A stretch of DNA of 24,000 bases from Candidatus Saccharimonadota bacterium (GTDB taxonomy: Bacteria > Patescibacteriota > Saccharimonadia > Saccharimonadales > EFPC-124), in the NCBI GenBank assembly GCA_016880595.1, contig JAEHDC010000017.1, positions 2,463 through 26,462 on the forward strand. The letters run 5' to 3'. The number at the start of each line of letters is the position of its first letter. Within the stretch, counting starts at the first letter, position 1. Shown piece by piece: positions 1 through 6,884 of this stretch. The position numbers were made by a program, and so were the translations under genes. Below the pieces are notes generated by a model. That model searched no databases and had not been told where the DNA came from. It saw only the letters and a list, made by a program, of their open reading frames with translations.

Positions 1-1046
1 TTGGCCTTTTTCTTTTGCACGTTATTTTTGTCGTCAAATTCAGCCAACAACACAAAAGGCGGATATGGCTTTTCTACAATGTTCTTTAAACGATTTGGAG
101 AAATCTTATCCACATAGTCAAGTAAGTTTTTATCCACAATTTCGAGTGCGCTTGGCCCAACTTTTTGCAAAGCCTCAACAACGTCAGTAATATCCTGCGC
201 GCTTTGGACGTCAATTTTAAACAGCGTAGTTTGGGCATTATATGGCTCCAACCGCACAATTGCCTCTGTTATTATGCCTAGCGTGCCTTGCGATCCGATG
301 AAGAGCGGCGTCAAATCAACCGAACCATCCATGCGCCGCACGTCAGAAATTGCATAACCTGCCGTATTTTTTGAAACATCTGGTAGACCACTGCGCTCTT
401 GAACTAAATCCCAGTTGTCTGATATGATTCCATCAACTTGACGGTAAATTTCGCCCTCAAAAGTAGTGTAGCCCTTACGCTTTTCTAGCTCGCGCTTGTT
501 GATCCGGCCGGTTTGAATTACCTCACCATTTGCTAAGACTACCTCCAAACTAACAATATACCCGCGCATTGAGCCATATTTTACGGTCTTTTCTCCAGAT
601 GAATTATTGGCAATTGCGCCGCCCAAAGTGGCGTAGGCAATTGAGCTTGGATACGGCGGCAAGAATAAGCCGTGCGTTTCCATGGCCTGCTGGAATGCCA
701 AAAAATTGAGGCCAGGTTGCATTCGCGCCAGCCGCTGCTTAATGTCTACCTCAAGCAGACGATTCATATGCGCCGGAAAAACCAACGCAACCCCCTTACC
801 AATTGCCGCACCAGTCTGGTCACTGCCGCGCCCGCGAGCCGTTATTGGCAGCACGTGCTTTTTTTCTGCCAGTTGCCAAGCAAAACGCGCAACTTTGCGG
901 ACATCCTGAATATTCTTGGGGTAAACAACCATGCTTGGCGTAACTTTAAAGATACTGCCGTCGGTGGCAAAATAATCCCGCACGCTAGAATCGGTCAAAA
1001 CTTCCCCTAAAATGTGCTCTTGTAGATAACTAGCAACTTTATTCAC
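1..1046 (-). CDS. FAD-binding oxidoreductase, FAD_binding_4 / GlcD (glycolate oxidase, D-lactate dehydrogenase-like) family; N-terminal ~348 codons, 3' end lies beyond the window
   Basis: Absent from the supplied ORF track because no stop codon lies inside the window. Manual minus-strand translation from GTG 1046 (GAGGG 9 nt upstream) stays open to position 1: VNKVASYLQEHILGEVLTDSSVRDYFATDGSIFKVTPSMVVYPKNIQDVRKVARFAWQLAEKKHVLPITARGRGSDQTGAAIGKGVALVF...LGGAIANNSSGEKTVKYGSMRGYIVSLEVVLANGEVI...FIGSQGTLGIITEAIVRLEP. The ARGRGSDxTGxAIG and GSxGTLGIITE stretches are typical FAD-binding (PCMH-type) motifs of this family. Track ORFs 672..1010(+) and 682..909(+) are antisense shadows. Confidence 0.8.
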   Translation of the reverse strand, partial: MNKVASYLQEHILGEVLTDSSVRDYFATDGSIFKVTPSMVVYPKNIQDVRKVARFAWQLAEKKHVLPITARGRGSDQTGAAIGKGVALVFPAHMNRLLEVDIKQRLARMQPGLNFLAFQQAMETHGLFLPPYPSSIAYATLGGAIANNSSGEKTVKYGSMRGYIVSLEVVLANGEVIQTGRINKRELEKRKGYTTFEGEIYRQVDGIISDNWDLVQERSGLPDVSKNTAGYAISDVRRMDGSVDLTPLFIGSQGTLGIITEAIVRLEPYNAQTTLFKIDVQSAQDITDVVEALQKVGPSALEIVDKNLLDYVDKISPNRLKNIVEKPYPPFVLLAEFDDKNNVQKKKA

Positions 1047-1150
1047 CTGCAACGGCCCTCACTTACTCTTATGCTTATAATAGCATAACAAATTTATATT
1101 AAACAGATCCAGACTTTTATATATTTTAAAGATATCTTTGTTGTTTTTAC

Positions 1151-1179
1151 TTGATTTTTTACTTGCAAACAAGTAATAT
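1151..1179 (+). promoter_or_regulatory. candidate sigma70-type promoter for tRNA-Leu
   Basis: -35 TTGATT (1151..1156), 17-nt spacer, -10 TAATAT (1174..1179). Predicted start is near 1186, giving a short leader before the tRNA 5' end at 1199. Motif match only. Confidence 0.35.
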
Positions 1180-1198
1180 TATTGCATAGATCCCACAT

Positions 1199-1285
1199 GC
1201 GCGAGTGGCGGAATTGGTAGACGCGCTAGCTTCAGGTGCTAGTGTCCCTCGGGACGTGGAGGTTCAAGTCCTCTTTCGCGCACCA
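1199..1285 (+). tRNA. tRNA-Leu (anticodon CAG), class II tRNA with encoded CCA
   Basis: Acceptor stem GCGCGAG pairs with TTCGCGC (one G-U). D-arm is GCGGAATTGGTAGACGC. Anticodon stem CTAGC/GCTAG has loop TTCAGGT (anticodon CAG). Long variable arm TGTCCCTCGGGACGT, T-arm GGAGGTTCAAGTCCTCT, discriminator A, CCA at 1283..1285. Confidence 0.93.
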
Positions 1286-1437
1286 ATGAAACTTTTTTAT
1301 TATGAGCGAGCTTAAACAGCTCGTTGACCTCTGGAATTTCAGCTATTGCCTGTGTTCCACAAGCTACTGTAGCGTAGCTTGGAACCTGGTTGAATAATAC
1401 ACCAAAATATTTGGCTTTAAGAACTGGATTACAGTGG

Positions 1438-2535
1438 TCAACAAGCAACTCTTTCATGTGTTCCACATAGTATTTGGTATATTTCAAGATGGTCGGTATG
1501 TCGGCGGTTTTTTTTGGTTGCTGTTTCTTCATTCTTGGTTTCTAGGTTGGTAATTTCTTGCTCCAATTTCACTACATCTTCCTCCATGTATTTGATTGCT
1601 GTTTGTGAGTTTACGATTTTCATTTTGTTTACGATAACTTTTATCTCCGATTCCAGCTCCTCGCGCCTTTTGGCGTAGTTTTCTTTGTCGGTGTCAACTT
1701 GTGCTTGCCTTTTCTTCCAGACGGCAATAACGGCTTCCATGACTTCGTTAAAGCGTTCAGGCTTGACAGTAACGCGCTCTATAAACTCGCTCACAGCAGC
1801 GTCAAAATCCTTTCTTGGAACTCTAAAGTAATGACCGTGATGGCTGCAATGGTAGGCAGGGTAGTATTTGCCAAGCCTGCCGCGCGAAGCACTGCCTAGA
1901 AGCAAATGGTTGCACTCTGGACAGCATATTACTTTGCGATAGGGAAACTCATTGTTGAACACATTTTTCTTGACGAATTTTGGGTTCTTTGGGGCTTCGC
2001 CAACTACTGGATGGTCTGGGTCACTTGGGTCAATTGTAATTTGAATCTTACCGCGATTTGCAGCGTTAAACAGCTCTATAGAAACCAAGCCAGCAAATTT
2101 ACATTTTACTGGCTTTTCGCCTGTCCATTTCTCTGTATTAACTCCGGCGTAGATGGTTTTCTTAATATAGGCACGCAGTAGTTTACTGGTCATCGGTTTG
2201 CCACCAGTTTGGCGGGCAACCCTTGTGCGGTCATGTTTGTCGCGTACAATTTTTACTGGCGTTTTAAACCCTAGACGGTTCATTTCTTGTGCTATTTGTT
2301 CGTCACTTAAAGTGCCTTGAGATCTAAGTTCGTACATCCTTTTTATGATTTGCCCTTCGCTGGGCAGTTCTGCAAGGATAGTGCGCTTGCCATTATTGGT
2401 TTCGATTTTGTCAGTTTTATAGCCGTATGGTGCGCTGCGCGACCAATAGCCGAGTTGTGTATAGCGTATCTCTGAGCCGATCATGCGAGTCAAAATATCT
2501 CGTACTTCATCTTTTGCGCGTTCGGCCTCCAACAA
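1438..2535 (-). CDS. serine recombinase, recombinase domain + zinc-ribbon + coiled-coil segment (out of frame with the catalytic segment)
   Basis: Track ORF of 365 aa (nominal TTG start). LLEAERAKDEVRDILTRM continues the alpha-E helix of the catalytic domain. APYGYK and the Cys/His cluster CCPECN...YHCSHHGH are typical of large serine recombinases. The C-terminus has a heptad-rich coiled coil. Confidence 0.8.
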   Translation of the reverse strand: MLEAERAKDEVRDILTRMIGSEIRYTQLGYWSRSAPYGYKTDKIETNNGKRTILAELPSEGQIIKRMYELRSQGTLSDEQIAQEMNRLGFKTPVKIVRDKHDRTRVARQTGGKPMTSKLLRAYIKKTIYAGVNTEKWTGEKPVKCKFAGLVSIELFNAANRGKIQITIDPSDPDHPVVGEAPKNPKFVKKNVFNNEFPYRKVICCPECNHLLLGSASRGRLGKYYPAYHCSHHGHYFRVPRKDFDAAVSEFIERVTVKPERFNEVMEAVIAVWKKRQAQVDTDKENYAKRREELESEIKVIVNKMKIVNSQTAIKYMEEDVVKLEQEITNLETKNEETATKKNRRHTDHLEIYQILCGTHERVAC

Positions 2536-2536
2536 T

Positions 2537-2971
2537 TCAGTTTTGCGTGATGGGGGTATGAACGCTCCAACGGTATTTCATACCTAGATGTTCAAGGGTA
2601 TTCACTTTTGTATTGTTAATGACGCCGTACATGTCCTCAAGGTCAATGTCGTGCGGCTCAAGTTGACACTTTAATAAATCGTAAGCAGTAGCTCCGGCAC
2701 GAGTAAAACGGTCAATCGACTTAATTAACACGACTTTAACGTTATTTTTTGGATTTACGGCATAGTCTATCACATGCTGCATGGGCTGAACCGCGCCAGA
2801 TGCGGATTCCAAATAGCTTAGAATTTCTACAAGTTCAATCCCGTGCAAAGAAGCATAGCGTTTGCCCTGTTCTATTTGGGCTTCTGGTGAGTCGCCGTCA
2901 ATGCCTTGCCCTGTAGTAGAAACCCGTACCGCCAGTACACCCCTACGTTGCTTTTGGGTGTCGTACGTCAT
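2537..2971 (-). CDS. serine recombinase, N-terminal catalytic (resolvase) domain segment
   Basis: Track ORF of 144 aa. It has VLAVRVSTTGQ (catalytic Ser context) and KSIDRFTRAG (the conserved D-R-x-x-R region of resolvase/invertase catalytic domains). The ATG at 2971 overlaps the stop of the upstream small ORF (ATGA). Confidence 0.8.
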   Translation of the reverse strand: MTYDTQKQRRGVLAVRVSTTGQGIDGDSPEAQIEQGKRYASLHGIELVEILSYLESASGAVQPMQHVIDYAVNPKNNVKVVLIKSIDRFTRAGATAYDLLKCQLEPHDIDLEDMYGVINNTKVNTLEHLGMKYRWSVHTPITQN

Positions 2972-3144
2972 ATGCCCGCGCTTTCAATCGCTTGCAACAA
3001 AGGCGAGCCATCGGCCGTATCATCAAGAATGCGGTTCACGATAAGATTAGCTAGGAATTCTATGCGTTGCTCGGTACTAAAGTTAATAGTGTCGGGCGAT
3101 GCTATTGAATCCTCGTCGTTTGTTGGTCTTTGAACTCTCCCCAT
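2968..3144 (-). CDS. small hypothetical protein (58 aa) translationally coupled to the serine recombinase
   Basis: Below the track size cutoff. Manual translation: MGRVQRPTNDEDSIASPDTINFSTEQRIEFLANLIVNRILDDTADGSPLLQAIESAGI. GAGGG lies 8 nt upstream of ATG 3144. Its TGA overlaps the recombinase ATG (ATGA at 2968..2971). Composition looks protein-like, unlike the competing basic low-complexity track ORF 3083..3316. Confidence 0.45.
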   Translation of the reverse strand: MGRVQRPTNDEDSIASPDTINFSTEQRIEFLANLIVNRILDDTADGSPLLQAIESAGI

Positions 3145-3242
3145 TACGTTTACCCTCGTTTAGCTTGGATTTTTGCCAAAGCAAATAAGCCTCAGCGGTT
3201 AGCTCAGGGTTCTTTAACAATCGGCTACAACTAACGTTAGGG

Positions 3243-3443
3243 TTACGGCTTAGCGGAGTTTTTTGGCTCTGCACTGCTGGACGATTCTTTTTTGATGAGC
3301 GCTTTAAGCTCCTCATCTTCGTTAGCTAGCAGATGCAGGACAAACTCCGTTAAGGTCATACCGCGACCATAGGCTACTGCCTTGGCGCGGTTCACGACCT
3401 CGGTGCTTGCGTTAATCTGAAGGCGTGGACGTACTGGTGCCAT
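3243..3443 (-). CDS. ribbon-helix-helix (CopG/Arc/MetJ-like) DNA-binding protein
   Basis: 66 aa. RLQINASTEVVNRAKAVAYGRGMTLTEFVLHLL has the beta-strand / helix / G-x-T/S turn / helix pattern of RHH repressors, followed by a disordered acidic/Ser tail. Confidence 0.7.
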   Translation of the reverse strand: MAPVRPRLQINASTEVVNRAKAVAYGRGMTLTEFVLHLLANEDEELKALIKKESSSSAEPKNSAKP

Positions 3444-3450
3444 GCACCCA

Positions 3451-3470
3451 TTGTACTACAAGTGCTACAA
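3451..3470. promoter_or_regulatory. operator-like palindrome TTGTACTACAA plus an extra CTACAA half-site, immediately upstream of the RHH start codon
   Basis: TTGTA-C-TACAA is a perfect 11-nt palindrome at 3451..3461, and CTACAA recurs at 3465..3470. The same TTGTACTACA decamer recurs at 3891..3900 inside the DUF2958 promoter. Confidence 0.3.
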
Positions 3471-3478
3471 AGCCTCCA

Positions 3479-3510
3479 AAGGAGGGGTGGTTAAAAAACC
3501 ATCCCTCCTT
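3479..3510 (-). terminator. strong stem-loop overlapping the DUF2958 stop codon (possible terminator/attenuator; no clear U-tract)
   Basis: Minus strand AAGGAGGGATGGTT-TTTT-AACCACCCCTCCTT: 14-bp stem with one mismatch and a 4-nt loop. It is followed by TGGAGGC rather than a U run, so intrinsic termination is uncertain. Confidence 0.3.
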
Positions 3511-3820
3511 GTCCAAATGCCGCAAGGTCTTTGACGCGCGTTGGACGGAAGAATATATCTCGCTCGACATGCAACCCAAGCGGCCCCGTAACTTGGCTGA
3601 TCTCCGAAAGTGAGAAGTAGCCAAATTCCGCCTCATGGCCATCCACTAGCCCCCAACAAGTAGCATCGCCGTCAAATTCAATCACATACCACGTCCAATT
3701 CGACGCAGGGTGAAAAAATTTAGCCTGTGCGATTTTTTCCTCCAGCGATTTATGCTCGGTGCCGTAAAGTTTGGGCAACTTATTTGCCAAACTTTTACTC
3801 ATCAGACTAACATGCCCCAT
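3491..3820 (-). CDS. DUF2958-family protein (plasmid/ICE-associated)
   Basis: 109 aa. KLPKLYGTE...AKFFHPASNWTWYVIEFDGDATCWGLVDGHEAEFGYFSLSEISQVTGPLGLHVERDIFFRP follows the DUF2958 signature (LPxLYsqE, KFFtPxsxWTWYxxE, fGLVxGxExElGYFSLsEL, ERDxxFxP). SD GGAGGG lies 6 nt before ATG 3820. Confidence 0.85.
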   Translation of the reverse strand: MGHVSLMSKSLANKLPKLYGTEHKSLEEKIAQAKFFHPASNWTWYVIEFDGDATCWGLVDGHEAEFGYFSLSEISQVTGPLGLHVERDIFFRPTRVKDLAAFGQGGMVF

Positions 3821-3880
3821 ATATTACCCTCCGATTAATTGTTTAGCCGAATTGTTAAAGTACCAATTGCTTATGTACTT

Positions 3881-3909
3881 ATTGTAGTATTTGTACTACA
3901 CAAGAACAA
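3881..3909 (-). promoter_or_regulatory. candidate promoter of the DUF2958-RHH-recombinase transcription unit with an embedded inverted repeat
   Basis: Minus strand reads TTGTTC (plus 3904..3909), 17-nt spacer, TACAAT (plus 3881..3886). The inverted repeat TGTAGTA (3883..3889) / TACTACA (3894..3900) lies over the spacer and -10 element. Confidence 0.45.
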
Positions 3910-4059
3910 GGTTTTGCCCATCATTTCTTGTTGTGATATATACAAAATAACTGCATTTCTCGAATTGCATCTATCTTTACTTTTCTACCTCTTTTTTCTC
4001 TTCTTTACTTTCCCTCTTCCTTAATATATAAATATAGGAAAGAAAGTGAGCATAAAGCA

Positions 4060-4821
4060 TTGCAGAAATTTGAGCCTAGATACAGACGTCCATTAAACTC
4101 AGAACAAGTAGAGATATTAGATATTCTCTATAAATTTAGGTTCGTGACAGTAGCAACCTTGAGGGACTATTTTTTTGAGACAAATCCAGGCATGAATATT
4201 TTTAAAAGGCTTGAGACGCTAGCAGAGCAGGGATTTATAGCAAAGCGTTACTTTGACAATTACAGGCTACTGCACAAACCCGTAGCTTATTATTTGTTGC
4301 CGGATGGTGCGCGCAAGCTAGATGAGTGCCGCGATGAAGATGAAGCTGGGGTCAATGCTAAACAAATTTATAGGGATAGTGCGGTCAGTGAACAATTCGC
4401 CATGCACTGCGTAGCTATTTTCAATCTGTACAACCGTTTGGATAAAAAATATGGCGATGATCTAGACTTTTTAACCAAAAGCGATCAAGCCAATCTGGAG
4501 AGTTTTCCAAAATTAAAACCTGACGCATATTTGATTTTGGAGACAGCCCAAGAAGCGCACCATTATTTTGTAGATATTCTGGATGACGACGCACATTTGT
4601 TAGTAGAGGCATCAAAGAAAATAAAGCGCTATATTGAGTTGCGCAAAAGTGCCGATTGGACAGATTTTTCAGAAAATGCGTTTCCTAAGATAATCTTTGT
4701 TTGTAATTCGGAAAACGCTTGCAAAAGAGTGCAGAAACGCTGCGGAGCTATCCTAAACAAAACCTGGACACTAGATATAGCCTTTGAGGTCACTAACATA
4801 TCCGAAATTACCTTGAGCTAA
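4060..4821 (+). CDS. replication-relaxation family protein (Replic_Relax-like: N-terminal winged helix + nuclease-like core)
   Basis: 253 aa, nominal TTG start. LNSEQVEILDILYKFRFVTVATLRDYFF...IFKRLETLAEQGFIAKRYF...VAYYLLPDGARKL matches the wHTH pattern of this family. It is followed by H-containing helix EQFAMHCVAIFNLY and KPDAYLILE...YFVDILDDD (the PDa...ffvE.D core). Assigned by pattern recognition, not by search. Confidence 0.6.
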   Translation: MQKFEPRYRRPLNSEQVEILDILYKFRFVTVATLRDYFFETNPGMNIFKRLETLAEQGFIAKRYFDNYRLLHKPVAYYLLPDGARKLDECRDEDEAGVNAKQIYRDSAVSEQFAMHCVAIFNLYNRLDKKYGDDLDFLTKSDQANLESFPKLKPDAYLILETAQEAHHYFVDILDDDAHLLVEASKKIKRYIELRKSADWTDFSENAFPKIIFVCNSENACKRVQKRCGAILNKTWTLDIAFEVTNISEITLS

Positions 4822-4828
4822 TATTCGT

Positions 4829-4887
4829 AACTCGCTTTTGACGGAACGGCAAATGCGAGTTGGTCACTTTTGCGAAGAAAAAGTGAC
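4829..4887. repeat. two adjacent inverted repeats just downstream of the replication-relaxation gene
   Basis: IR1: AACTCGC (4829..4835) / GCGAGTT (4855..4861), 19-nt loop. IR2: GTCACTTTT (4863..4871) / AAAAGTGAC (4879..4887), 7-nt loop GCGAAGA. No U-tract follows. Confidence 0.5.
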
Positions 4888-4981
4888 TTGGCTATTCCTA
4901 AAAGCAATCAAAGAACAAGAAGTTGCGATTAATCGAGTTAATAACTATAATCATAAGTAAATAAATTATGAGGGTGGGGAT

Positions 4982-5299
4982 ATGAACGAATTAAACGTTG
5001 CAGCTATTACATTACCAAATGGCGCCAAGGTGTACGTACGATCAGCTGATGCGGCCGCTGAGCTGCAAACTGGGAGAAAGTTGGGTTTTAAGGAAGGTAA
5101 GTTTGATGATGTAGCGAATGTCATTGAAGGCATATGTGATAGTTTGCGTGATGCCTTGCTAAAGGCTAAGCCGGATAATGCCACAGTTGAATTTGACCTG
5201 GAGCTAACATGGAAAGCCGGTAATATATTGGCATTATTCGCTAAGCCTGAGGCTACTGGGGATATTAAAGTTATATTTGAATGGACTAAGACGAAATAA
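4982..5299 (+). CDS. small trypco2-like (CU044_2847-like) protein, function unknown
   Basis: 105 aa. Strong SD GAGGGTGGGG lies just upstream of ATG 4982. The C-terminal pattern PDNATVEFDLELTWKAGNILALFAKPEATGDIKVIFEWTK resembles the 'evEFglkl...G...a...a.fkVtl.W' signature of trypsin-co-occurring domain 2 proteins. Confidence 0.5.
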   Translation: MNELNVAAITLPNGAKVYVRSADAAAELQTGRKLGFKEGKFDDVANVIEGICDSLRDALLKAKPDNATVEFDLELTWKAGNILALFAKPEATGDIKVIFEWTKTK

Positions 5300-5450
5300 C
5301 CTCAGTTTAATTTCCAAAACACAGTTACATTAGTTGGCTAAATCTATTTATACTGGTATTGTACTTTTTACCCAAGGTAGTATATTATGAATGTAACAAT
5401 CTGGCGTAGGTTGAAACCACCCCGTGGTTGGATGAAAGCTTTAAAACAAG

Positions 5451-6287
5451 CTAGCACCTTTCAAACACGGCAATCATGCGGTCCGAAGTTTTAGGATTGT
5501 ATTCAGACTTATCAAAATTGCCATAGCAATAAACAAGTTTGAAGCCGTGCGGTTTGAGCAGTTTTTTGAGTTCAGAAGTACTGTACATCCTGGCCAGAGT
5601 TTGGTCGACCACAACGCTAGCCTCGTCAGAATGAACGTCTTGAATAATACTCGTAAAGACCGCTTCATAAACTTTGTCATGAAGATACACCTTCCTCCTT
5701 ACGACCGTGTCAATCTGGAGGCCGTTGAATTCACAAACTCTGTGGTCAACTTCCTCATCTGGTTTCTGTCGTTGATAGTTTTTGGAATCAAGTATCAAGA
5801 TGCCACCTCGCTTTATGTGAGCTGAGCATTGTTTGGCAAAAGCATTTACATCTTTTGTCTGTGACATATAAACGTACGAGTCCCAAAGCGAATAAGCACA
5901 ATCGACTGTGTTATTTATTTTGAAAAAGCGCATGTCGGTTTCATAAAACTCAGCATCAGGCGCCGCCTTTCTCGCAATCTCTAGTAGATAACGTGAAGCG
6001 TCAACGCCAAAACCTGAGTATCCTCTTGAGGCAAGTTCCTTCAAGTGCCTTCCTGTTCCGCAGGCAATGTCGAGGAATGAATTCGCATCGATTCCTGCAT
6101 ATTCTTTGGCCACATCAATTAAGAAGTCCACTTCTTTTTTGGTGAATTCTTCTCTGGAATTCATGGCGTCAAATAGTGGCGCCAACTGGGTATAGTAACT
6201 TTTCCCTTTGGAATAATCAGAAAAAGAAATGTCGTTTTTAAGTAGTTTTAAATATGGAGTGTAATAAATGGAGTCGATAATATTCAT
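5451..6287 (-). CDS. class I SAM-dependent methyltransferase
   Basis: 278 aa. Motif I is FLDIACGTGRHLKELA, with acidic post-I residue GFGVDAS, then YETDMRFF and GGILILD, which fit Rossmann-fold methyltransferase motifs I-IV. Divergent from the Nudix operon across a 99-nt intergenic region. Confidence 0.9.
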   Translation of the reverse strand: MNIIDSIYYTPYLKLLKNDISFSDYSKGKSYYTQLAPLFDAMNSREEFTKKEVDFLIDVAKEYAGIDANSFLDIACGTGRHLKELASRGYSGFGVDASRYLLEIARKAAPDAEFYETDMRFFKINNTVDCAYSLWDSYVYMSQTKDVNAFAKQCSAHIKRGGILILDSKNYQRQKPDEEVDHRVCEFNGLQIDTVVRRKVYLHDKVYEAVFTSIIQDVHSDEASVVVDQTLARMYSTSELKKLLKPHGFKLVYCYGNFDKSEYNPKTSDRMIAVFERC

Positions 6288-6386
6288 AGTTTAAATGTTA
6301 AATAATATAAAAAGTTAAGGATTAGCAAGGCAAGATACCTTACCATCTGCCATACTGTATTTTAATCCGAAAGGCGATTTCTTACC

Positions 6387-6884
6387 ATGACCAAGACGCA
6401 ACACGATAGTGAAACTCGAGCCGAGGGCCAACAAGTTATTGTAGCTTGTGCACTCATTCATCACAGCTTTGATGGCACAGAAAAAATATTCTTGCCAAGA
6501 CGAGCTGACACAAAAAAGTTTATGCCTGGCGTTTATGAGCTACCTGGCGGACATGTCGATTTTGGCGAAGATATCGTGGATGGTCTCAAGCGTGAACTCA
6601 TAGAAGAGTTTGGCAAGAGAATTACCGTCGGTGACCCGTTTACAGCATTCACCTATAAAAATGAAATAAAGGCCTCACATTCTGTTGAGGTCGTTTATTT
6701 TGCGCGGTTTGAAGATAATATTGAAGATATCGAAATTCATCCTGAGGATCATTCTGGATATGAATGGTTCAGTGAAGACGATATCAGTAAAATGCTCATA
6801 GGCGGCAAAACTGAAGACGATGAAGAGTATAAACTAATCAAGAGAGCTTTTAGCCTTTTAAGAGGTGAACCTCTTCGATCATAA
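6387..6884 (+). CDS. stand-alone Nudix hydrolase
   Basis: 165 aa. Canonical Nudix box GGHVDFGEDIVDGLKRELIEEFG (6546..6614) fits GX5EX7REUXEEXGU. Confidence 0.9.
   Translation: MTKTQHDSETRAEGQQVIVACALIHHSFDGTEKIFLPRRADTKKFMPGVYELPGGHVDFGEDIVDGLKRELIEEFGKRITVGDPFTAFTYKNEIKASHSVEVVYFARFEDNIEDIEIHPEDHSGYEWFSEDDISKMLIGGKTEDDEEYKLIKRAFSLLRGEPLRS

Larger units (their letters stand above)
1239..2971 (-). pseudogene. large serine recombinase (integrase) locus interrupted by two frameshifts
   Basis: Three consecutive minus-strand frames together give a full large serine recombinase. Segment 1 is the catalytic resolvase domain (2537..2971, RGVLAVRVSTTGQ with the nucleophilic Ser). Segment 2 (1438..2535) holds the recombinase domain, the zinc ribbon CCPECNHLLLGSASRGRLGKYYPAYHCSHHGH and a coiled coil. 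Segment 3 is a C-terminal tail (1239..1532, ...TILKYTKYYVEHMKELLVDHCNPVLKAKYF...). The first frame change must lie within 2540..2583, which contains a C5 run on the coding strand at 2552..2556. The second lies at an A8 run on the coding strand (1508..1515); deleting one A joins ...EETATKK to TADIPTILKY. This is either gene decay or homopolymer sequencing error. Confidence 0.7.

Noticed and set aside
672-1010. Track ORFs 672..1010(+) and 682..909(+)
   Set aside because: They lie antisense to a long, motif-rich minus-strand frame (FAD-binding oxidase) that stays open across the whole region. Their sequences are Arg/Cys-rich and low-plausibility.
3161-3176. Sigma-54-like reading of TGGCAAAAATCCAAGC (minus strand of the AGCTTGG box)
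   Set aside because: The GG-to-GC spacing is off by one relative to the -24/-12 consensus, and no sigma-54 activator is present in the window.
3083-3642. Track ORFs 3083..3316(-), 3412..3642(-) and 3425..3613(+)
   Set aside because: They overlap the better-supported RHH, DUF2958 and 58-aa ORFs in other frames. Their composition is basic and low-complexity, with no SD or family signal.
3839-4024. Track ORF 3839..4024(+), 61 aa
   Set aside because: It is translated from the G-free promoter tract, giving a Phe/Leu-rich low-complexity peptide. It most likely sits in non-coding control DNA.
5389-5496. 35-codon + strand ORF (MNVTIWRRLKPPRGW…) and the small AACCAC-CCC-GTGGTT hairpin between the trypco2-like and methyltransferase genes
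   Set aside because: The ORF runs into the methyltransferase 3' end in antisense and has no SD. The hairpin has a 6-bp stem and a 3-nt loop, which is too weak to call a terminator with confidence.
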